Shown here piece after piece: positions 36,001-46,842 of a stretch of 64,000 nucleotides of DNA. Both the position numbers and the translations under genes were made by a program. The notes beneath the pieces are model-generated. The model was not told the origin of the DNA. It did not search any database and worked only from the letters and a program-made list of their open reading frames with translations. Source of the DNA: Trichinella spiralis (Eukaryota); the NCBI RefSeq assembly GCF_000181795.1, contig NW_003526946.1, positions 615,351 through 679,350 on the forward strand, in the 5' to 3' direction. How positions within the stretch are numbered: the stretch's first letter is position 1; each line of letters starts with the position of its first letter.

Positions 36001-38075
36001 TCTGGCGTGCGGCGGCCTAGTTTTGCTCGCTCTCGTTATCGATCGGTCATAATTTCCGGGTTACTTGTGTAGCTCCGTTTTTTTTTTAAATTCAACTCAG
36101 GAAAAGCCCATAATGCAGTTGACACTACCAGTCAAGGCTTAGTAAGTGGAAAAAAATGGAAGCTATCAGTGTCAATTATCCGGGTCTGTTCATTTGCCAG
36201 AAATGTAGACATAGTGAGGCTGTTTTCGCACGTTTTGTTACGCACTGCACGCACCACGCACTTAAGGTTAATTTGGCATGTAGTTTATGTGGAAAACATT
36301 TCACATCAATTAATGCCATAGCATTGTACTTCCCGCACTGTAAGAAGGACAGAAAACTGAATGAAACACCTACTGATGTTCCGACAGACAGGAAAATGCA
36401 TGATTCCGCCCACAGCAGGCGCGCTTGTCTTCTTTGCTCACGATCCTTCACCACTTTCGCTGGGTTGTGCCTGCATGAAAAACGAGCGCACCCCGCCATA
36501 TTCGCAGCTTCCTCATAAAAGTCCATAAAACACCAGTGGGCAATTGACCACTTGAGGGAAGCGAAAGAAGTGGAAGATCAACTGACAGCTAGTAATAGCT
36601 GTTCCGTGAAATATTTCGCGGAAGCTCTTTCCTCAAAGTGGTCTGAAGCCATATCAATCGATATGGCCAAATACTTGAGGAAAAAGATGCGTCGTGTGGA
36701 TCAAAATTTAAATGCGCTTAACGAAGGTATGATTAATGGTGACATTTGTTGCTTCCCCCGGAAGTAGTAGAAAATTCCATTATTGAGGAATGGTTTGGTA
36801 CTACTCGGTCCCGCTTTTCTCTCATTGGTCATTACCCACGCTATTTTATTGGANNGTNNNNNNNNTANTNNCAACTGAAGAGTTTGAATCAATGAGCAAN
36901 TNAGNCAAAAAAANCCAATGCGACAAAGANTTCACNGANNNNTNNGNNNANNANAANNANNNNNNNNAANGANTTCACGGNCANNNNNANNNAAANCNAN
37001 NNCANNNAANNATTTGNTANTGGTGTAATAAAATAGCGTAGGCAAAGACCAATGAGAGAAAAGCGGGACCGAGTAAGACCACCCCGTGAGAAATGCGTAG
37101 CGCAGCAATAGTAGGGCAACGCGTGTTGGAGATGAAATAAATGGCGTGGGCGTACTATCAACGCGCGATACTTCCGGCTTCCGCGTTGAAATTGTTGGCC
37201 AAACAACGCCGCCCCCTAATAAACTTAGAGATGCCCTAAGCCCCCAACATAAGGGTCAGTACCCATTGAGGGATTTGCTCCACCATCTGGAGGATAGTTT
37301 AACCTCCTGCAATAGTGAGTTGGAGGGGTTATTAAATTCTTTTATGAATAAAATATTAAATAGTAAACCAGGGGACCGTAATAAATATGTTGACGATGTT
37401 GTTAGTATTCGAACTGAGTTTCTGTGCAAACCCAATGGTTATCAACCCCCCCCCTCCCCCAAAGAAGCGTACTAAAGAAGAACCGAAGAATAGAAGACAG
37501 AAGATCTGAAGCAAGTACGCGAAAATGCAATCGCTCTTCAAGCGAGACCCCAAAAGAGTTGCGGCCCACCTCATTAAAAACCAGCCCCTCTGTAATGTAA
37601 GTTGCCCCATCGATGCCGCAGAGTCCGCTCTACGTCAAAGATTGAGTCAACGTCCCAGTGTAGACGCAGCGCCCTTTACCTCTAAATACCCCCGAAATTC
37701 AAAGAACATTCTGGATACAGTTTTTCCGGACGAGATTACGCTGCGCCTTCAAAAAATGAAAGTACACACGTCAGCGGGCCCTGACGGTATACAGGTGTCG
37801 CATCTTCGTACATGCGACCTGGTGTGCCTAGCGAAGCCCTTTAACTTTTCTTCTCGTAAGGCACATTCCCCAATAACTCAAGGATTGTCGGACGATCCGC
37901 GCCCCGACGCTGAAAACCTACCGGCCAATCAACATCTCCTCCTGCCTATTCCGGCTCTTTAGCAAAATTGTAACGAAACGGCTAGAAAACTGTATCTCCC
38001 TCCACCCCCGTCAAAAGACCTTCCGATCAGGCACGGGTGGCGCTTCTGACAGCATCACCACCCGTCTTTTCAACA
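36001..38075 (+). mobile_element. Mirror copy of the second R2 lineage 5' half
   Basis: ORFs 36156-36518, 36552-36767, 37146-37475 and 37525-37962 match the left-arm copy. Confidence 0.85.
36783..37085. mobile_element. MITE-like insertion with terminal inverted repeats (MULE-terminus-like), N-rich interior
   Basis: Perfect 29-bp inverted repeat TACTCGGTCCCGCTTTTCTCTCATTGGTC (36802-36830 / 37047-37075), extending imperfectly to ~55 bp. Absent from the left arm at ~27028. Confidence 0.7.
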
Positions 38076-38079
38076 TCGG

Positions 38080-40873
38080 GGATTTCAACCTCAAAAAGCG
38101 CGGGTAAACGGCGTGTGCGGCGGCTCGGTCAAGGTCCCTCTGATAACTGGTTTGCGAAAACTCCCGGTGCGAAAAACGATGAACAACTCTATTAATCCAG
38201 CACAAGGAACGATTAGAACTGTTGCTGGCGCTTCTAGCCAAGGCTCGGTAAGCGATGTTAGAGCTTGTTTCACTTTTTCCTACCCTGGTCCGTTCAAATG
38301 CCAGGCATGCGAGCACGTTGAGGCTGTTTTTGCCGGAATTGTTAATCACTGCACGCACCACAACGTTCTTGTGAACGGTCTCACTATGGGAGTAATCGCA
38401 GCGAACGGAAGCGCTCTAACTACGCGTCCTTCCAATCGCTCTTCAGGCGACACCCCAAACGTATTGCGGCCCACCTCATCAAGAACCAGCCCCTTTGTAA
38501 TGTAAGCTGTCCTATCGACGTCGCTGAGTCCGCTCTGCGACAGCGATTAAGTCAGCGCCCCGGTACCGACGCAGCGCCCTTCAAATCCAAACGCCCACCC
38601 AACACCGAATGCATTCTGTTCCCCATCTCCGCAGACGAGGTTACGCTGCACCTCAAACTAATGTCTGCAAAAACGTCGGCAGGCCTCGACGGAGTTCAGG
38701 TGTCACACCTCCGACAATGTGACCCGGTGTGCCTTTCGAAGGCCTTCAACTGTCTTCTATTCGCAAGGTACATCCTCCCACAACTCAAGGATTGTCGTAC
38801 CTCCCTCATTCCCAAAACTGACAATCCCCGCCCCGATGCTGAAGACTACCGGCCCATAACTATTGCTTCCTGTATATACCGGCTCTTTAGCAAAATTGTA
38901 ACGCGGCGGCTCGAAAATTGCATCTCCCTCCACCCCCGCCAAAAGGCCTTCCGGCCAGGCACGGATGGCGCTTTTGACAACATCACCACCTTAACGACCA
39001 TCGTCAGAGACGCGCACAAGTCCGGGAAGGAACTAAACATCGTCTGTGTAGACTTAGCTAAAGCTTTTGACACAGTCAATCACTCATCAATTGATCGAGC
39101 CCTACGCATGCACGGGCTCGACTCCAACTCACGAGCACTTATTGAGGAAATGGTCACCGGAAGCACGACCGTTATCAAAGGAGACGGAGGGGTATTGAGT
39201 AATAAAATAGAAATTAACCAGGGTGTATACGACAGGGAGACCCCATTTCCCCTCTCCTCTTCAACTCAGTCATGGACGAGTTGATAGAGCGCCTCGAACA
39301 AAGTGGAGTGGGTTACAAAATCAATAACACTGAGGTCGTAACACTGGCGTTCGCGGACGACGTAACTCTAGTCAGTAGCAGTCGCAGGGGAATGGAGAAA
39401 CTTCTCTCCATCACCCACGACTTCATTAATGAGAGGGGACTTAAACTAAACATCAGGAAATGCAAAGGTATCCGCTTCGTCCGCACGCCCAAAACCAAAT
39501 CACTAGTGCAGGATACCTCCAAGGCATTTAGAGTCCGTGGTACCAAAGAGGAATCTTCTTACATTCCCATGGCGGGGCCTGGGGAAGTCATCAAGGTCCT
39601 GGGGGTCCCCATAGCCCCAAATGGCAAGCCTTCCTTCGACATAGAAACACTGGAAGGGACCCTGGAGAGGATCCGTAAAGCCCCCCTCAAGCCCACACAG
39701 AAACTTGCCACTGTGCGGGATTATCTGATTCCATCATTGGAATACAGACTGGGAGTCCCTGGGATTTCTAGGAAACTATTGGAGAGTGTGGACGGGGCAA
39801 TTAGGTTAACGGTAAAACGCTTCCTGCATCTACCAACCACTGGCATGAACAGCATGTTTTTGTCAATGCCCATCAAAGAGCGAGGACAAGGACTGCGTCC
39901 TCTCACTACAGAACACATTGCACGGGTGGCGGTAGGTACTAACAGCATGATGACCAACATGGACAATCTGACACTACAACTTTGCGAAAGCCGCTGCTCT
40001 CGGCATTAGAGCACTTCGCAGTCCCCGCAGCAACCAAAAGTGCGATCCGGGAAGAAAAGCAGAACCTACTACGGGAGGAGATCGCTTAGCTCTCAGAGTC
40101 GTACGAAGGTAGCTGTCTTCCATTCTTTAAAAACGGGTCTCTGGTAAACTCCTTGCTGCACGGCGCTAGCGGTATGCGTAGTCGGGACTTCATCACCGGG
40201 CTGAAGCTGCGGTTCCAGACCCGCAGCCAGAAGTGGAGGGGCCGAACTCCACAAAATCCGGATGCGCTGCCGTGCAGGCATTGTGGTCACTCCTCGGGTG
40301 ACCGGAAAACGGCTGTCCACGTCTCACAGAAGTGTCCCACGACACAAGCGATGATCATCTAGAGACACAACAAGATTGTCTATCTTGTTGGGGACTGAGC
40401 GAAGAGAGAAGGTTCGCAGTGCATTTTGAGACCGCCATCAAGTCAGGGGGTAACGTATACAAGCCTGACTTTGTATTGGTCAAAGACGGCACTGCGCCTA
40501 TGGTAGATGTCGCGGTCCCGTGGGAAAAGGGCACTACCATGCATGAAAGTCCCGTGGTTCGCCCATTGCCAGACGCGCCGGAACGCTAGGGATGAAAAGA
40601 GACCATGAGAAAGACTAAGCTTGCAGGAAGATGAGGGAGAAGACTTCACGAGTGGATGTCTTGGTACGACGTCACTTTCTTTCTGAAGCTGGACCCGGAA
40701 TGATGTTCTTTTCTCTATTTCCCCACTCCTTTCTTACCCTATCGTATTGTTAAAATCGGTACCGGCCGTTGCCATGCAGTATGTTGATGTATTATGACTA
40801 ACCGATTGACTGATCGCCTCATTTATTTACTTTATTCGTCTATATTGTCATCATTTCTTTTTCTTGAATAAAG
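38080..40873 (+). mobile_element. Most complete R2 copy in the window (leader, first zinc finger, internal deletion, full RT, CCHC, RLE, 3' UTR), frameshifted
   Basis: AAGCGCGGGTAAACGGCG at 38096-38113, DLAKAFDTV, frameshift near 39226, LAFADD, CRHC...HVSQKC, RHNKIV, YKPDFVLVK..DVAVPW, AATAAA at 40867. Confidence 0.9.
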
Positions 40874-40889
40874 GTCCATTGGTACGCGT

Positions 40890-42430
40890 CACTAGCTTAT
40901 GTTGATTCTTTGAGATACAAACTGAATTTCATCATTACGAAATATAACAGAAAATAGCACAAGTTAGTGATGACCACTGAGAAGTAACTAGAAGAAAAAT
41001 AGAATTGGCGGTCTTGTTCCTTTAAAAATTGAATGAATATCTTTATTATCAAGTTGCATCATTCTGCAAAAAATATAGAAGCAACAAATGAACTGTTTAA
41101 GAGAGGTTAAATGAACATGCTTATCTGGGTTATTCATTGTTTTCGTAATTCGACACGCAATGACGTTTTACGATGGCAACAAAGCTAGCCTTGTCAACTA
41201 ATTTGACAATGAAGAAAGCTGTGCAGCGATTATCATGAGCATGGTCAAAATTCATCACGCAGAATTTTGTGAAATTTCACTAGACCAACGAACATTTACC
41301 CTCAGCTAGCCAAAAGCATTTTCAGTTGAATCTGTGCAGCATCTGAGAAATTTTTCACAAACCCTTGATATAGTGCGAGTGCACCAAATACTTCTTGACA
41401 TATACCATAGAAATGAACAAATACAAAACATACAGTGATATTGGTGTCTGGAATTTTAACAATGCTACAGACAGACGCTTTTTCAAATGAATTCATTGTG
41501 TGACCAGGACAGTGAACCCCATTATACTGTTCACTCTCAACAATGGGAATGAAAGAGCAGCAAATGAAGATCAATATATGCTTCATGTCTGCCGACGAGG
41601 ATAATTAGCAATGATCATATATATTTTGGCAGAACATATGCAGTGCTAGAAAAAGATAATGAGAGATGAAAAATAATTTTCTTTTTCTTTCACTTTTGTT
41701 TGGTAAAATGATTTCTAAATCCAACAAATCCTATGTGATCTGGAATGTACAACATGTGGTTATCATCGTAATACAACAATTGTAACTTGAATGTTTAATC
41801 AATCCAGTTGTCGATTTTACTTTAGATATTGAAAAACAAATTTAATACAATTTACACAAAATGTATAATCACAAATTTTTACTTTAAACAAAATTCCAGA
41901 TTTTATTTTTTATTTAAATGAAACATAAGAAGAAAAACAATAACTCTTGTGAACAGGATCGAAAGAAAGATTGGAAAGATTAAATTCTTTTGCAAGTCAG
42001 AAATATTTTCAGAAAACAGATAGGCAAAATCAGAAAAGTATTTCGATGCTAAAATTCAGCAATCACCACTCCTAGTTTTAGCTGAAAACTGCAGCGTTGT
42101 ACAATTTATCAATTTTAGATTTTCCCTTTGTACTTGAGTAGGCTTCAACTAGCCTTCATCAGAACAATATCTGACAAATAGAAAAGAACCTTATGCATAA
42201 ATCTGATTTAATTGTTAGCTAAGAAGGTAATTTATATGACAAGCGAAAGCAACTGTTGGCTGACATTTCTTTTGAATCGTATTTTTCCACTGACATGGAT
42301 AAATAAAAGTGAAGCATTTCGAAAGCAGAAAGAAAGCGATGAACAGCACCAACGAAGCACAAAAGCGCTTGAAGCTGCTTCAAATTCACTTTGCAGTGGA
42401 CATCGCATTGTTTGATGTCAGCATATGTGC
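40890..42430 (+). repeat. Longer copy of the local AT-rich repeat unit
   Basis: 40890-41180 is homologous to the reverse of 17860-18190, 41430-41760 to 14480-14840, and 41760-42430 to the core repeat. Confidence 0.7.
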
Positions 42431-44560
42431 GTTTTTAATTAATTGATTTATTGGTGATTTTAATTGACTTTTAAATCTAATTACAAAATATAACTTCAAT
42501 AAAGTTGACAGCAAATGGAAAAATCCAACAGTGGTCTACTGATGCCCAGGCTGAAACTAAAACTGAATGCATCCGCAATTTTGTTACACAAGCAGGATTT
42601 CTCTACGAGTTTCTCTAGTATTTCTCACTACATGACAAATGACAAGATTAGTATCCTGACCTACCTGTAGTTTTGTTCCTAGATTTTCAATGCTTTCTGT
42701 GAGTTCCACGACCATAATTAACTCTGTTCCGACCGGAAGCGGCGTCGTAACACGCCCTAGGAATGGCGTGGGTATGCGATGACGCTTCGGGGTAGATCGC
42801 TTGTAAACATGGTTCCTGTACTCTACTGATTGGAATTTGACAACCGCGATGGATAAGCAGCAAAATTTCTGCATGGGAATGCGAAGCTACGTAGGCAGCG
42901 TGTAAGCTAAATACGCTGAAACCCGTTAAACGCATGGGCAAATCGGCAACAACACCGGCAGTGTTGACAAAAAGTACGGAAGATTGATCGAAGAAAAAAT
43001 ATTATTATTAAAATGGTGACGTGATATTAAATTTCTTCACTGAAAAATAAATAGTTCATATTCTCACTTCGCCAGTCAAATGGTCTTAAAAACATCAGAA
43101 TCATAAACAATCTAGTTGTTTAAACTGCATTTTCATAGCATTACCATGCATCAGCATTACTTTAAATAAAAATGCTAATAAAACAGTAAATAATAATTTT
43201 ATTTTGAAAAAATATACTTCAATTAAAGTGGATAAAATGTTAAAGAGAGAAAATAGCATGATTACACAGTTTGACTGTTGCGATTAAACGTTCTTTCCAC
43301 CTCTGAACTATTTCAAAGCGAAAATTTGTCATGCATCATTTCTCAGATAATAAAATGGAATCTGATCACTGGTGCAAAGCTGATTTCCTGGTGTTTCACC
43401 ATATATTTATGTTTTGAATAGAATATTTTTAATAACTTCATATAATATTTATGTATTTAAAAAAAGCAATTGCATTGATAATGACGTTATCACTTCGTAT
43501 CAAACTTATCAAACTTCATGTACAAATTGGCCAGTTGGTTGTGATCTGCTTCAGTACAGCGATATAAACTGCCGCTTAAAATTCGGTATGAGTGCAATGA
43601 AGAGTACGACTGTAAAATTCAATAGTACACATTTTGAGACGTATATGATGAATTTATCCATAAAATCAGTAAAAAGTCGATGACAGGAGATTAACATGTG
43701 TTTTCTGCAAAATGATAAATTTGTATAAAATGCGATTTAGAAAATAGACATATTTTTTTACTGCAAGTATTCATACCTGTGATTTCAGATAATCCAACTA
43801 GCATTGATTCCAGTGAATCAGTTGCTAATTAAAACTTAAAAAAATAAAAGTCTTCCAAATATTATTTAAAATTGTATACCCTTAAATGTGAATAAAAACA
43901 GTTGTAAAATTTAATCTTTTCAGCTTAATACTCCATTCACATTGAAAACACCTATTCTAATAAAAGAAGCATTTATTTATAAGACGAATTTATGTGAAAA
44001 AATACAAATTGAAAAAATATTTAAAAACACCAATTATATGAACGTTATTCTGAAACTTTCATATGGCAAAATTAAATACTATGATAAATACACAGACGTT
44101 CAGAAATTCATTATAAATTCTCATCGCAGAACCGACGCTTTCACTGATATATACCATTATTCATTTTCGCCTTTTCAAAAAAGTACAATTAGCATGTGCA
44201 AAATTATTGACATGAACTTTTCATAATCAAATCACAAAATTTGGATTAATACATAATTATCATGCGTTATTGCACTTTTCAAATGAAAAAAAATTATTCA
44301 AATGGATAAACAAGTGATTATTAATTTTCATAACTAAAATTTTATCATTTTTATAAATAATACATTTATATGTTATTTAAGTAAATAATGTAGATGTTCA
44401 ATATCTTTAAACAAAAACTTTTAAAGATCGGAAAAAACTTTAAAAGCAAAATTAGCTTATTTTAAACTTTGAAATCATACGGATAACTATATGAAACAGT
44501 AATTAGTTTGCTTTGCTTGCTTCAATCTGACTGCTTGTTGGTTGTTGCATTGCATGGAAA

Positions 44561-45055
44561 ATGGCCCAAATACTGCAAAATATTCGCAATGATATTTGGA
44601 ATGTTATCGGTGATGAAAGCAGATTGGTTGGAAAACTGTTTGCTAAAATTGAACAAAAAACTGGCAAAAGTCGTTACCAAGCTGCGGTGATGTTAGCAAT
44701 TGTGATTTTTGTGCTGTTGATATTTAGCCCTAATGCAGGATTGTTGTGCAATTGCATATGCATTGGTTATCCAGCAATGAAGACATTAATCGAGGTGGAA
44801 TCAAATGAAAACGCCAACTGTAAGCAATGGAAGTTTTATTGGGTTATTTTTGGCTTCTTTCGACTTGTTGATTATTTTGCTGAATGCATATCCTTTATTA
44901 TACCAATTTATTGGCCGCTGAAATGCATTTTCTTTGTTTGGCTTTTCACTCCAAGCTGCCATGGAGCTGCAACATTGTATGAAAAATTTTTCCAACCTCG
45001 CTACAGTGAATTTACATCTAGCGGTACTACTGCTGCAGAAATGACTACAGAATAA
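44561..45055 (+). CDS. REEP5/DP1/Yop1 (TB2/DP1/HVA22 family) ER-shaping protein, intronless, copy 1
   Basis: LCNCICIGYPAMKT, QWKFYWVIFGFF, IPIYWPLKCIFFVWLFTP..GAATLYEKFFQP match the family signature. AATAAA at ~45200. Confidence 0.9.
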   Translation: MAQILQNIRNDIWNVIGDESRLVGKLFAKIEQKTGKSRYQAAVMLAIVIFVLLIFSPNAGLLCNCICIGYPAMKTLIEVESNENANCKQWKFYWVIFGFFRLVDYFAECISFIIPIYWPLKCIFFVWLFTPSCHGAATLYEKFFQPRYSEFTSSGTTAAEMTTE

Positions 45056-46842
45056 CCACCACCATCACTGTCTTCTACTGCTCACTTGCATATTCATTCA
45101 TTATTATTTTTATTATATTCTTGTTTTATACTAAATTATCTTAAAAATTTTTGACTATTGTATTTAAGTGACAGTTGAAATATCAAATTGCACTTTCAGA
45201 ATAAAATTGTTAAATTATTATTTCCATTTAATTCTCATTTGTATGATCATAGCATTATAATTGATTGTCAAAGTAATAAATCAAATGCTTAAATGTTACA
45301 ACACTGGCAGCTGCATAAAGTAGAACAGCGACGAAAATTATTTCCATTATCATAACTTCGAATTCTAAACATTCACTTTGATCTTTATTACCGTGCATGT
45401 CATCAGCTTCGACACGCTTCTTACAAATTTGCCGACGCACCAGCATAAATGTAATAAATCAAATGCTTGACAGATGCAACATCGTGCAGGAGTAACGAAT
45501 CACAATTCCAGGAAATACATCTCATACTAACCTTTCATTCCTGGGATTGGCTTTTCATGTAATATTTATATTACTATTCATCGTTTTTATGCTTGTCAGT
45601 AATATAAAATTTCTCATAACAATTATACCAATAATTCTAATATTCACTGTGATTTACACATCACTAGATTCTTCTGCTGGTCTGCCAGCTAAATCCTTTT
45701 TTCAAATGCGTCTAACGCTAATATTCCTTCTCTTTATGATTCTTTTCATAAATTTAATACGCCACTGGCTAAAATTTTTTAAGCTAATGACAACTAATTT
45801 TCATTTTCTAATATACAGATTTTTATTATATGAATTGGTGTTTTCGACTGTATTATAAAAAATGGAAGTTAATTATATTCAAAAGTATATAAACCTGAAA
45901 GAAAACTCAACAGTAAGCAATATTATCTTTCTGATATCTACAAATTTCAATCACAAAAATAATGGAGATGGCAATTTTGATTTGAGATATTTCCATGAAA
46001 GAATAAAACAAACAAATTGGTTTCTCACGACAAAGTAAAACTCAAACTTTAATTTCATTTTTTCTTTAGAAAATGGTTATCAACTTGCTCGTTAATGGTC
46101 ATCAAAAATCAACAAGCAAATATGAGAAAAAATATCTACAATAAGCTATAGATGAAGCCTTCAGAAAACAGTACTGTTCATAGACAAACACACGCACATT
46201 TTATTCATTGACTTTCCTCATTTATTTATGTATGAACAAGTACTTTTGCGTCATAAATTTATTTCAACAATTTTAGTTACTTTGCTGCTGCTCCCACGCA
46301 GTGACAACAGTGAACCTTGAAATAATGCTCATATTCATAATGCTTAGTATTGCACTAATAGCGCAAGCATTGGACGGAAAAATTATAGTGCTGTTAAACA
46401 TATTAAGCATCAAGAATAACAAAATATTTCGAAACTGTCCACATATTTCACATTTAAAACCCTGATAACAATTTTCTCCAACTCTTTACTTACTTAATCA
46501 TACATAAATATTTGTTTCCCATCTCTTTTATTTATCATGCAAACAAACATCTTCACCTCAATATTATACATTTAATATGAATGGTATAATGAACTGATCA
46601 TAAGAAGTATAATGCACAGATATTGAACCATCCTCATTACATGATGTATACTGATTTTCTTTATCACGACTGTGTGAAACGAAAAGCTATAATCTAAAAA
46701 CACATTAAGAAATACACGCATGGACACACACACAGAGACAGAAATAAATACAACACGAAAACAAACACAAATATATTTAGTGCTTACAAATAAACACTAA
46801 ACAATATACTAGACTAAAATACATTTCCATCGTTGATATAGA

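Larger units (their letters stand above)
33042..39080 (+). repeat. Right arm of the large inverted duplication (has a ~0.3 kb insertion and a ~0.9 kb deletion relative to the left arm)
   Basis: As for the left arm. Deletion junction at ~38385-38393 (skips 24795-25730), insertion at 36783-37085. Confidence 0.9.
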
